The notes under the pieces were generated by a model. That model was not told the DNA's origin, searched no databases, and saw nothing but the letters and a program-made list of their open reading frames with translations. From assembly GCA_040902745.1 (NCBI GenBank), contig JBBDWR010000012.1:44171-108170 (forward strand): a stretch of 64,000 bases of DNA, written 5' to 3'. The position numbers and the translations under genes are program-made. The DNA comes from Actinomycetota bacterium. GTDB taxonomy: Bacteria > Actinomycetota > UBA4738 > HRBIN12. Numbering within the stretch: position 1 is the stretch's first letter; each line of letters starts with the position of its first letter. Positions 54,587-63,947 of the stretch are shown piece by piece.

Positions 54587-55861
54587 TCACACGGACGCCT
54601 GGCGAGCGCCGAAGAACACCGCCTTCGCAGGCGGTCGGAGGCAGTGCACGATCGACATCGACTGCGCATAGCTCCCACAGTTGAGGACGGCGATCACGTC
54701 GCCCTCATGAACCGCGGGCAGCGGCTCGTCTTCCCCGAACAGGTCGTCGCCCTCATTGATGTGGCCGGCGATCGTCACCCGCTGCGTGGGGGGCGCCTCG
54801 GCGGCCGAGGTGACTACGATCGCCTGGCGGCCGTGGTAGATGAATCGGTCGTTCACGAGGTTCCATCCGGCGTCGACGCCCACGAACGTGACGCCGTCGC
54901 GATCCTCCACAGTGACGACCTCCGCGAGCAGCACCGCGCTCTCCTTGGTCAGGAAGTCTCCCGGCTCGACGGCGACGACGACATCGAGCGGCCCGAGGTG
55001 GCGGGCCAACATCTCCGCGTAGGCAGCGAGGTCGAGCGGCTCGTCCGACTCGGTGATCGGCACGCCGAGCCCACCCCCGGTGTTGACCTCCTCGATCGGG
55101 CAACCCTGTTCCCGCAACCACCCGGTCATCTCCGCGACCCGTTGCACCGCCGCTTCGAAGCGCGGGATCTGATCGGTCAGGAATCCGTCCCCGACGTGGA
55201 AGTGCACCGTGTCGATCTCGAGGTCGTGACGACGGGCCGCCTCGAGCGCCTGCTCGAGCTGCTCCGGATAGATCCCGAACTTCGTGGGGCGGTCGGATCG
55301 CGCGTACAGCGTCTGTTCCCCGGTTGTGTATCCGGCCCCGGCGCGTGGGTTGACGCGCAGCCCGATCGTGCGGCCGGGCGCACGTCGTCCGACGCGTTCG
55401 ATCTGCGAAACGAGATCGACGTTCACGTGCACGGGGTGCGCCAGGATCACGTCGAGGTCGCGCTCGGAGACGTTGGTCCCCGTGTAGCTGATCTCCTCCG
55501 AACGCCAGCCCTGCTCGAGCGCGTACAACACCTCACCGGGAGAGCAGGCGTCGATGCCGACGCTCTCGTCCGATCCCGGCGGCCCCAGCCCGCGAAGCAA
55601 CGCGAGCGCTTCGGGCTCTCGCTGCGCCTTGAGGGCGAGCCGCACGAGCGAACGCGCGATACCGGCGCGCAGGTAGGAGGATCGGAGGGCTTCGACCTGC
55701 TCACGGATCCGCTCGAGGTCGTACGCGAACAGCGGGGTTCCGTGGTCGCGAGCGAGCTGTTCGGCATCGCGGCCGGCGATCTGCAGGCGCCCGTCCGTCG
55801 GCTCGAGGCCCGGGCGCGACCACCACGGCCTCGTTCTCGCAGCCGGATCTTTCGTCTGCAT
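54587..55861 (-). CDS. PLP-dependent Orn/DAP/Arg-type decarboxylase, paralogue A
   Basis: ATG 55859-55861 (MQTKDPAARTRPWW..). GTPLFAYDL, LALKAQRE, HFHVGDG, NTGGGLGVP. Confidence 0.8.
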   Translation of the reverse strand: MQTKDPAARTRPWWSRPGLEPTDGRLQIAGRDAEQLARDHGTPLFAYDLERIREQVEALRSSYLRAGIARSLVRLALKAQREPEALALLRGLGPPGSDESVGIDACSPGEVLYALEQGWRSEEISYTGTNVSERDLDVILAHPVHVNVDLVSQIERVGRRAPGRTIGLRVNPRAGAGYTTGEQTLYARSDRPTKFGIYPEQLEQALEAARRHDLEIDTVHFHVGDGFLTDQIPRFEAAVQRVAEMTGWLREQGCPIEEVNTGGGLGVPITESDEPLDLAAYAEMLARHLGPLDVVVAVEPGDFLTKESAVLLAEVVTVEDRDGVTFVGVDAGWNLVNDRFIYHGRQAIVVTSAAEAPPTQRVTIAGHINEGDDLFGEDEPLPAVHEGDVIAVLNCGSYAQSMSIVHCLRPPAKAVFFGARQASV

Positions 55862-55891
55862 GTGCGCCAGGCTACCCGCAGGTCGAGGAGC

Positions 55892-55925
55892 CGCAGGAGG
55901 GGCTCCTTCGCAGGAGGGGCTCCTT
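55892..55925 (-). repeat. perfect tandem duplication of a 17-nt hairpin unit (AAGGAGCCCCTCCTGCG x2 on the minus strand)
   Basis: Units at 55892-55908 and 55909-55925. Each contains an AGGAG-CCC-CTCCT hairpin. Starts inside the TAA stop of the RodZ-like gene. Confidence 0.7.
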
Positions 55926-56874
55926 AGAGACCGGTCACCTTGTTGCCGTTCCAACGCAGGGAGAGTTCCACGACCTCACCGTCGGAAGGCAGCGGAACCC
56001 GCTCGTCGTTCACGGTGAGTCGCACGCCGGACGCGTGACCCAGCACCAACTCGAGATCGTCGCGGGCACGGACCCGCACCCGGCGGCCGGCTTCGAGCGT
56101 CTCGGCGAGCTCGACGTCCCCGTCCGCCGTGGCCTCCACGTACGTGGCCTCGGCGACGCGCAGTTCGACGAGCACCCCGCGGAACACCGGCGGGGTCTCG
56201 CGCCCATCGGCCTCCTCGGGTGCGGCGGGCCCGGCCGGCTCTTCGGCGGGCGGAGCGACGACGGACGACACCGACGGCAGCGGAGCGTTCGGCGTCGCGG
56301 ACGTCCACGGTCGGAACGACACGACGATCGCGGCGAGCGCCGCGATCGCGAGCGCGACGACCACCTTGCCGCGCCAGGTACCACGCGGTCGCGGGGCGTC
56401 CGGAACGAGCGCGATCGCCGGCTCGTCTTCCCCGTCGCCGTTCTCCACGTCGAGCCGGCGCAGCAACGGGACATCGTCGAGCTTCAGCAGTCGCGCGTAC
56501 TCCCGTAAGAACGAACGCTCGTAGGTGCGTCCCGGGAAGGTTTCCGGTGGAGCGTCCTCCTCCAAGGCGTGGAGGTAGCGCTCGGGGATCCGCGTCGCGG
56601 TCGACGCCATCGAGATCGAGACGTCGTGTACGTGCCTCGCCTCGCGCAGCGTCGCCCCGATCGAATCGGCGTCGGGGATCGTGACGGGCTCATCGTCCTC
56701 CGACGGGGCGGTCGAGCCGGGCGCGACCAGCCGGATCTGCTCGGTCTCCTGCTCCGGTCGGTGGTGCGTCCAGCACGAGGGACAGCGATAGGTCTCGGTG
56801 GGCACGGCCAGCGCCGCATCGTCGACCGAGCCTCCACATGCGGGACATCGGTGATGTTCGTCCAACCGGTGCAT
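55924..56874 (-). CDS. RodZ-like cytoskeleton-associated HTH protein with N-terminal zinc-ribbon
   Basis: Start trimmed to ATG 56872-56874. CPACGG..CPSC ribbon, HTH GATLREARHVHDVSISMASTATRIPERYLHALEED, one TM helix, C-terminal DUF4115-like beta domain. Confidence 0.7.
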   Translation of the reverse strand: MHRLDEHHRCPACGGSVDDAALAVPTETYRCPSCWTHHRPEQETEQIRLVAPGSTAPSEDDEPVTIPDADSIGATLREARHVHDVSISMASTATRIPERYLHALEEDAPPETFPGRTYERSFLREYARLLKLDDVPLLRRLDVENGDGEDEPAIALVPDAPRPRGTWRGKVVVALAIAALAAIVVSFRPWTSATPNAPLPSVSSVVAPPAEEPAGPAAPEEADGRETPPVFRGVLVELRVAEATYVEATADGDVELAETLEAGRRVRVRARDDLELVLGHASGVRLTVNDERVPLPSDGEVVELSLRWNGNKVTGL

Positions 56875-57187
56875 GCGATCCCCCTCGGAACACACCGTCG
56901 CCACGATCGGACGGCGCCCCGGGACCGGATCGCGAGAGCCGGGGAAGGTCCGGGGGCCGTCGGACCGACATCTGAAAAGTTGCCCGTTCACCGTACCGCG
57001 TGTGCCCGCGCACGGGAAGGGCGCCCGAACCGCCTGCGGTGGTTGCCACAGGGAAGGCGTGTCATCTAGGCCTTTCGGCTAGGCCCTCCATCCTGCGAAG
57101 GACGGCATTGACTATCACCCACGTCAGGTCGCATGCTCTCCCCCGAACGTCCGACACCTCGCCCGTACGGGAAGGAAGGATCTGCGC

Positions 57188-58204
57188 ATGTCCCCCATCC
57201 GCAAGAGCCCCATCCGAACGGCGGCCATCGCTGCGTGTCTGCTCCTAGTGGTGGGAGCATCCGCGGCCGTAGCCGGCGCCTCACCCAATGGCTCCCCCGT
57301 AGCCCGGGGAACGATCGTCGGTGAAGCCGACCTGGGCATCTCACAGACCGACTCGCCCGACCCCGTGAACGCGGGCAACAACATCCTCTACACGATCGAG
57401 GTCGTGAACGCTGGCCCCGACGTCGCTACGAACGTGTACGTCAGTGGATTCCTCGACGACAACGCGGACCTCCTCTCGATCGAGATCGTCTACGACGACA
57501 AGGATGAGTTCGCTCGTCGCGGCGACGGCCCCTGCGGCAATGAGGGCAACCTTTACTGGTGCAACCTCGGCGATCTCTATCCGTTCGAAGACAGGACGAT
57601 CGAACTCGTCGCGGGCACCGACGACGACTCGATCCCCGAGACCTCCAACGACGTGTCGGTCGGGGCGGATCAGCCGGACGTGGATTCCAAGGGGGCCCTG
57701 CCCAACAACTCCGTCGAGGACACGACTGTCGAGCCGCGCAACCCGAACTCCGACACCGGCTACATCGAGCCGGAAGGTGGCGAGCTCACCACCGACCCCG
57801 GAACGGGCGCGACCGAAGAGGACACGACGGTCCTCACGATGAAGTTCCCCGAGGGCCCGGGCGGAACGGCGAAGGTCAAGGAGCAGAAGTGCGATGAGGC
57901 CGACCCGCTGTTCCCGTGCATCGGCAAGATCGGGAACTTCGTGCCGCCGGACGGCTACGACAGCATCGTCGCCGAGCTGATCTACGACCGTTCGATCACG
58001 CGCGGCCGTCGCCAGCTCCCGCCGGGCCGCAAAGCGTGGCAGGTCTGGTACCAGAAGTTCGACGGCCCGGTCTTCCAACTGCCGAAGTGCAGTGAGAACG
58101 GCAAGGTGGCCCCGTGCGTGCTGGGAGCGAAGCGACTCGAGGACTCCCACGACGTGCGGATCCGCGTGAAGATCAACTCCGACCCAAGGCTTACGACTCG
58201 CTGA
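57188..58204 (+). CDS. secreted DUF11 (conserved repeat) domain protein
   Basis: Signal peptide AACLLLVVGASAAVAGA. DLGISQTDSPDPVNAGNNILYTIEVVNAGPDVATNV. Confidence 0.75.
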   Translation: MSPIRKSPIRTAAIAACLLLVVGASAAVAGASPNGSPVARGTIVGEADLGISQTDSPDPVNAGNNILYTIEVVNAGPDVATNVYVSGFLDDNADLLSIEIVYDDKDEFARRGDGPCGNEGNLYWCNLGDLYPFEDRTIELVAGTDDDSIPETSNDVSVGADQPDVDSKGALPNNSVEDTTVEPRNPNSDTGYIEPEGGELTTDPGTGATEEDTTVLTMKFPEGPGGTAKVKEQKCDEADPLFPCIGKIGNFVPPDGYDSIVAELIYDRSITRGRRQLPPGRKAWQVWYQKFDGPVFQLPKCSENGKVAPCVLGAKRLEDSHDVRIRVKINSDPRLTTR

Positions 58205-61200
58205 CGATCGGTTGGGCCGACGTGCCGGCGATCTTCGGTAGCGCCCGGACGCCGAGTCGTCTGAGGGTGTCCATCCCCTCGGACAGACTCGGGTCCGGGT
58301 CGCGACCGTTCGCATCCGGCAGTTCCGCGATACCGAGCAGGGTCAGAGCGGCCTCGTAGTCCGCACCGCGCGCTCGGGCTGCCCGAAGGCTCTCGTCGAA
58401 GGCCTCCCTGGCGTTGTCGAAGTCGCCGACCTGGAACGTCGCGTAGCCCCGCACGCGGTGAAGCAGGGGTGCCTGCCGGCCCTGCCCCCCCATCTGTGCG
58501 TCGATCAGTAGCGCCGTGTCGGCCAACTCGAGCGCCTCTTTGGAGCGGCCCTCGAAGACGAGGCACTCGGCGATCAGCGCGTCCACCTCGAGCGCATCGG
58601 CCGCTGCCCCGACGTCGGTGAACAGGCGCGCGGCCTCCCGGAGCAATCGCATCGCCTCCTCGTATCGGCCACTCCTGGATTCCAGGCGACCGAGAAAGCT
58701 CGTCGCGAAGGCCACGCCTTGCGGGGTATCGGCGGCCCTCCACACTTGGAGCGCACGTCGGAACGCCGTCGTCGCTTCCTCGTACCGCCCCTGGTCGGAC
58801 TGGATCTCTCCGATGTTCAGCGTGCCGAACGCCGCCACCACCGGGTCTCCGATCCGTTCGCGGGCGTCTCGTCCGCGTTCGTACAGATCGACGGCGTCGT
58901 CCCAACGCCCCCGCCAGTACGCGAACGCACCCAGGTTGTTGTAGACGGCCGCCTGACCGACGACGTCGCCGAGATCCTCGTAGATCTCGAGCGCGCGGGT
59001 CGAATGATGCGCCTCATCGAGCCGCCCGAGTTCCACGTACGCCCAATCCAGGATGAAGAGCGCGTGCGCGAGCGCGTCCCGGTCACCGGATCGCTCCGCC
59101 TCATCGATCGCGCGTTCGCACCACGCGGCTGCATCCGCATACCGTCCCTGGTCCTGCCGGATCGCCCCCTGACACACCAGCAGTTGAGACCGACGCTTCG
59201 CCGCCACTTGTGAGTCGATCGACTCCAGCGTTCGGATCCCTTGATTGACGGCCCGGATCGCCTGCGGATAACGGCCGGCGCGCTCGGCGATCCAGCCCTG
59301 CTTGAGGAGATACTCGCCTTCGCGAACCGCGTCTCCACGAACGAGTCGGAGCGCAGCTTTGACCGATCGGGCGGCTTCGGCAAAGAGTCCTGCCCTATCC
59401 TGCGCATCGGCGAGGGTCGACCACACGGACGCGAGGTCATCCGTCGCAACGTCGGGAAGACCCCGAGCGGCTTCCAACGCTCTTCCGTAGAACTCCGCGG
59501 CCTGGATCGGGGCTGACTTCCCCCGTGCTCGATCGCCCGCGATCCGCGCGTAGCGCCACGCCGCCTCGAACTGACGCGCGTTGAAGAAGTGCAGGGACAA
59601 CAGCTCCGCCTGTTCCTCCGGTACCGGGGAGGTGCGCTCTATCGTTTCGCCGGCCCGCGCATGCAACTCGCGGCGGCGCCGGTACGGAAGAGCCTCATAC
59701 GCGGCGTCGCGCACGAGCGCCCGACGGAACGCCAGACTGCCGTCGGAGCGGACCTCCAGAAACTCGTCCAATCTGCGCCAGTCCTCGTCGCTCGAGGGCA
59801 GGGGATCTTCGTCGAGCAGATCGGCGAGCAGGCCAGGAGAAAACGAAAGGCCGAGCACCGATGCGCGTCGCAAGAGCGCCCGATCCGCAGGGGCCAACCG
59901 ATCGATCCGAGAGTTGACCAGTGCTTCCACAGTCGTCGGCAGGCCTTCCATGCTCCCGGCGGCTCGCACCGCGGCAAGCAGCTCGCGAGCCAGCATCGGG
60001 TTGCCCCCCGATCGTTCTGCAAGCACGCGAACCTCGTGGGCAGGAAGCGGGTCGTCCTCGGTGGCGGCCTCGAGCAGCGCGATGGTGTCCTCGAGATCGA
60101 GAGGAGTCGGGTGCAATCTGACGAGCGACTGCTGCTGCTCTTCCTTCGATTCCGCCTCGCCGTCGCCGTCTGGGCGTCGCATCACGGCCACGAACCACGG
60201 CCGCCCCTCGAGCGAACTCCCGAGTGAGCGCAAGAGATCCGAAGACGCCTCGTCGATCCACTGGGCGTCCTCGATCACGATCAATGTCGGAGCCGGCAAC
60301 AAGACATCCAGCAACTCACCCATGACCGCTTCCAGTCGGTCGCGACGGAAGCGATCGTCGAGCGCGGCCGTCTCCGGTGTCGCCGGCACCTCGATGTCGA
60401 GCGGCACGGCCAGCAAGGGGATCCACGCGACGAGCTGCGGCGCGTTCGCCGCCACGAGTTGATACAGCCGGGTAAGGGAGTCTCCCGCCTCCGCGTTCGA
60501 CGAGACGCCGAGCAGTCGCTCCAAGAGGGCCCTGAACGGCGCGTATGCGGTCGTGCGGCGGTACAGCTCGCACGTCGCCGTCAGCTCGATGAAGTCCTGC
60601 GCCTCGGCGGCGATCTCATCCATCAGCCGAGACTTGCCGATACCCGCCTCGCCGATCACCTCGACCATCCGTCCCTGCCTCGCCCGGGCGCACGCGAACG
60701 AGTCCCGCAGCACAGCAAGTTCCGATCGACGGCCGACGAACGGCGTGTGCATGCTCTCCACAGGCAGGTGCGTTCCGGCGGCCTCCCCCACGGCGAACGC
60801 GCGAACGGGTTTGGCCTTCCCCTTGACGTAAAAGGGTTCGAGTTCGTCGGTCTCGAACATCGTCGTCGAGTGCTCCAGGACGTCCGGCGACGCGAGCACC
60901 TGACCCGGCTCCGCGCGGGCCATCAGCCGGGCGGCGAGATTCACGGTGTCGCCCATCACGGTGTAGGTGCGTCGATACGCAGGACCGATGTCTCCGGCGA
61001 ACACCGCGCCTCGATGGACACCGATCCGCAGCGCGAGCGTGCGAGATCCCGAGGCGATCGCGCGCAGCGCCAGGAGCATCCGTTCCTCGTCGTTGCCGGA
61101 CGAGCGAGGAACGCCACCGGTGAGGATGATCTTGCCGCCACCTTCGTCCACGTCCGTTCCGAGGAAGCACAGCTCGCGTTCATCGACGGCGGTCTGCACG

Positions 61201-62054
61201 TCGCGCAGCAGTTCCTCGAGTGCGGCCGCCGCGACGTCTGGGCCGTCGCGCAGCAGCAACTCCTCCAGTCCCTCGAAACGCAGGAACGCCACCGTCGCTT
61301 GCCGATGCTCAGGGTCGTGCACGCCGGCGAGGATGTGTTCGCGGATCGCGACCGGGATACACGCAAGAAGGGCCTCGGGATCCGCCTCCGCGGCGAACTC
61401 CTCCGGCTCTGCGATCCGACCGGTCGGCACCCGTTTGAGCAACCGACCCGGGCCCTTCTCGGCACCCAGCACGCTCTGTGACAAGGCCGCGGCGGTCGCG
61501 TGGCTGACGACGATCTCTCCGGCATCGGCGGTGTGCTCCATGAGCACGGCGTGGCTCGCCGCCGGACCGGCGATCGTGAACTCCCGATGCGATCCGCCCA
61601 CCAAGAAGAACGCGAACCGCCCGCTGTGCACTCCCACCGACATCCGCAGATTCACCTTGCCGCCGGAGGTCTCCAACTTGCCGATGTCGCGCAGCGTGCG
61701 ACGCATCCAGATCGCGGCCCGGCATGCACGAGCCTCGTGATCGCGTCCGGTGAAGAACAACAACAGCGCGTCGCCGCCGAACTTCAGCAGGCTTCCGCCG
61801 TTGGCGTACGCCAGGGCGAGCATGCCGGTGAAACAGGAATCGATCGCCTCGGTGAGCTCCTCCGCGCCGACCCGTCCCTGTTTCGCGAGACGCTCGGACA
61901 GCTTGGTGAACCCCGAGACGTCCACGAAGCACACACTGCCTTCGACCTCTTCGACCGCGACCGCCGCCCGATCTGCCAGCCGCTGGATCAGCAGGCGCGG
62001 GACGTACGGCGTGACCGTTCGCGGATCCGGCGCCGCTCGGGTCGAGGAGGTCAT
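58191..62054 (-). CDS. tandem class III cyclase-homology domains + STAND/AAA ATPase + TPR array
   Basis: ATG 62052-62054 (ATGA overlap with the upstream cyclase). CHD1 VCFVDVSGFT..LKFGGDALLLFF. CHD2 ..RIGVHRGAVFAGDIG..YTVMGDTVNLAARL. P-loop GEAGIGKSRL. Long TPR-like C-terminus. No HTH. Confidence 0.8.
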   Translation of the reverse strand: MTSSTRAAPDPRTVTPYVPRLLIQRLADRAAVAVEEVEGSVCFVDVSGFTKLSERLAKQGRVGAEELTEAIDSCFTGMLALAYANGGSLLKFGGDALLLFFTGRDHEARACRAAIWMRRTLRDIGKLETSGGKVNLRMSVGVHSGRFAFFLVGGSHREFTIAGPAASHAVLMEHTADAGEIVVSHATAAALSQSVLGAEKGPGRLLKRVPTGRIAEPEEFAAEADPEALLACIPVAIREHILAGVHDPEHRQATVAFLRFEGLEELLLRDGPDVAAAALEELLRDVQTAVDERELCFLGTDVDEGGGKIILTGGVPRSSGNDEERMLLALRAIASGSRTLALRIGVHRGAVFAGDIGPAYRRTYTVMGDTVNLAARLMARAEPGQVLASPDVLEHSTTMFETDELEPFYVKGKAKPVRAFAVGEAAGTHLPVESMHTPFVGRRSELAVLRDSFACARARQGRMVEVIGEAGIGKSRLMDEIAAEAQDFIELTATCELYRRTTAYAPFRALLERLLGVSSNAEAGDSLTRLYQLVAANAPQLVAWIPLLAVPLDIEVPATPETAALDDRFRRDRLEAVMGELLDVLLPAPTLIVIEDAQWIDEASSDLLRSLGSSLEGRPWFVAVMRRPDGDGEAESKEEQQQSLVRLHPTPLDLEDTIALLEAATEDDPLPAHEVRVLAERSGGNPMLARELLAAVRAAGSMEGLPTTVEALVNSRIDRLAPADRALLRRASVLGLSFSPGLLADLLDEDPLPSSDEDWRRLDEFLEVRSDGSLAFRRALVRDAAYEALPYRRRRELHARAGETIERTSPVPEEQAELLSLHFFNARQFEAAWRYARIAGDRARGKSAPIQAAEFYGRALEAARGLPDVATDDLASVWSTLADAQDRAGLFAEAARSVKAALRLVRGDAVREGEYLLKQGWIAERAGRYPQAIRAVNQGIRTLESIDSQVAAKRRSQLLVCQGAIRQDQGRYADAAAWCERAIDEAERSGDRDALAHALFILDWAYVELGRLDEAHHSTRALEIYEDLGDVVGQAAVYNNLGAFAYWRGRWDDAVDLYERGRDARERIGDPVVAAFGTLNIGEIQSDQGRYEEATTAFRRALQVWRAADTPQGVAFATSFLGRLESRSGRYEEAMRLLREAARLFTDVGAAADALEVDALIAECLVFEGRSKEALELADTALLIDAQMGGQGRQAPLLHRVRGYATFQVGDFDNAREAFDESLRAARARGADYEAALTLLGIAELPDANGRDPDPSLSEGMDTLRRLGVRALPKIAGTSAQPIVSES

Positions 62055-63358
62055 CGCTCGGAGGACCCCCGACCCAACAGGAACCACGTCTTGGTCGGCC
62101 CCTTGCCCTTGATCTCAACCAGATGGGGCTCGGAGAACACGTAGCGGTCGCACAGTCGCTCGAACACCGAGTCGGAGACCTGGATGCGTCCCGGGACCCC
62201 GTGCGACTCCAGTCGGCTCGCCATGTTCACGGTGTCGCCCCACAGGTCGTAGGCGAACTTGCGCCTGCCGATCACGCCGGCGACGGCAGGACCCGACGCC
62301 ACGCCGACCCGTACGCCCATCTCGTCGCCGCTCGGCCAACGGGCGCCGATCAGACACTCGATCGCATCCAGCGCCATCTCGGCGGCGGCCTCGGCGTCGT
62401 CTTCTCTCGGTTCCGGCGCGCCGGCCACCGCCATGTACGCGTCGCCGACGGTCTTGATCTTCTCCAAGCCGTGGCGATCGGCCAACTCGTCGAAGCGCGT
62501 GAAGATCTCGTCCAGCGACGCGACCATCTCGGCAGGCGTGGTGCGTCCCGCCTGCTGGGTGAATCCGACGAGGTCGACGAACACGACCGTCACCTCGCCG
62601 TGACCTTCCGCGATGTACTCGGCATCAAGAGCGACGTCACGCTCCTTGAGCCGGTCGACGATGGCCCCAGGCAGGATGTTGCGCAGCAACCGGTCTCCAC
62701 GTTCGCGCTCGCGGTCCAGCTCCTGCTCGCGCAGGTAGAGGAGTCGAACGCCGCGTTCGATCCCGAACGACGCCGCCGTGCCGATCAGGAACGCCGACAC
62801 GAGGAAGAAGTCCGCGAACAACAGATCCACCGTGGAATCGTCGAGCCACGCCAGCATGACGAGGTTCGCATAGCCGATCGTCACGGCGCCGATCACTGTG
62901 GCCCACGTCCACGGGAGCCGGGCAAAGGTGAAGTTGAACGTCAAGATCAGCATCAGCCCGGCGAAACCCCATGCGGAGTCCGCCTCGTTCACGAACACCC
63001 GATAGGTTGCCCACACGACGGCACTCGTCAGCAGCACGAAGGCGAGTTGGGGCTTCCAATACTTCTCGAACGCCCGTGCATAGCTGAATGCGAGGCTCGC
63101 GACGGCGACCGGAACCGCGATCCCATAGCGGAGCAGCGAGTCGATCTCCACGTCGTTCTCGAGCACCAGCAGGGCGAGCAATCCGAACAGGATCCAGGTG
63201 GCGATGCCGAACACGTGGGCCACGCGGACGTACTGGAGGTTGTCTCGGAAGTACGCGTCCTGGAACCGTCGCTCGGTCTGCGGATCGACGAACCGGAGCA
63301 GCCATGGCCGCATCTCGGGGGCGGGTGCCACGAAATCGCGGATCGCAGCGCGGATCAC
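62051..63358 (-). CDS. membrane-anchored class III adenylate/guanylate cyclase (6 TM + CHD)
   Basis: Six hydrophobic helices, then VTVVFVDLVGFT..IKTVGDAYMAVAG..VRVGVASGPAVAGVIG..YDLWGDTVNMASRLES. Confidence 0.85.
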   Translation of the reverse strand: MIRAAIRDFVAPAPEMRPWLLRFVDPQTERRFQDAYFRDNLQYVRVAHVFGIATWILFGLLALLVLENDVEIDSLLRYGIAVPVAVASLAFSYARAFEKYWKPQLAFVLLTSAVVWATYRVFVNEADSAWGFAGLMLILTFNFTFARLPWTWATVIGAVTIGYANLVMLAWLDDSTVDLLFADFFLVSAFLIGTAASFGIERGVRLLYLREQELDRERERGDRLLRNILPGAIVDRLKERDVALDAEYIAEGHGEVTVVFVDLVGFTQQAGRTTPAEMVASLDEIFTRFDELADRHGLEKIKTVGDAYMAVAGAPEPREDDAEAAAEMALDAIECLIGARWPSGDEMGVRVGVASGPAVAGVIGRRKFAYDLWGDTVNMASRLESHGVPGRIQVSDSVFERLCDRYVFSEPHLVEIKGKGPTKTWFLLGRGSSER

Positions 63359-63542
63359 GGGCAGCTCCCGAACCGGGATGGGGAACGAACCAAGCGTCTC
63401 ACGCAGGCATCGTAGTGCGCCGATCCTGCCTCAGGCGAGGGTGGGATGGGGGGGTCCGCACTCCGACCGCGGTTTCCGGATCTCGGCAAGATGGTGCGAC
63501 TGGGTCTAGGTTGGACGTTCCGAGAGCGAGAGGTGGTCAACG

Positions 63543-63947
63543 ATGGCAGGATCGGAGCACCCGAACGTCACGCTGGTTCGCGAAGGGTTCGAAGCCATGA
63601 ACAGGGGCGACATGACCTGGATGCAGGAGCACGTCGCCGACGACATCGTCTGGCATGTGGGCGGAGACAACCGCATGAGTGGTGCCTTCAGGGGCAAGGA
63701 CAAGGTCATGCAGATGATGGGATCGATGGGGTCGGGCGAGATGACGGCGTCCACGCACGACATCGTCGGCAACGACGATCACGTCGTGGTGCTCGGCACA
63801 GCGAAGGTTAGCGCGGGCGACGGGGACACGGTCGAGTACAACTACGTGAACGTGTTCCACATCCAGGACGGCAAGGCCACCGAGGTCTGGGGCATGAGCG
63901 AGGACGACAGCAAGACCGACCCGGTCTTCGACAAGCTCGGCAGCTGA
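63543..63947 (+). CDS. SnoaL/NTF2-like fold protein
   Basis: 134 aa. VTLVREGFEAMNRGDMTWMQEHVADDIVWHV..VNVFHIQDGKATEVW. Confidence 0.7.
   Translation: MAGSEHPNVTLVREGFEAMNRGDMTWMQEHVADDIVWHVGGDNRMSGAFRGKDKVMQMMGSMGSGEMTASTHDIVGNDDHVVVLGTAKVSAGDGDTVEYNYVNVFHIQDGKATEVWGMSEDDSKTDPVFDKLGS

Noticed and set aside
57100-57187. TTGACT...CATGCT as a sigma-70-type promoter upstream of the DUF11 gene, and TATACT/TAGTAT at 6479-6488 as -10 elements for the STAS or anti-sigma genes
   Set aside because: Spacing and hexamer quality are marginal, and single hexamer matches are not sufficient evidence without TSS data.
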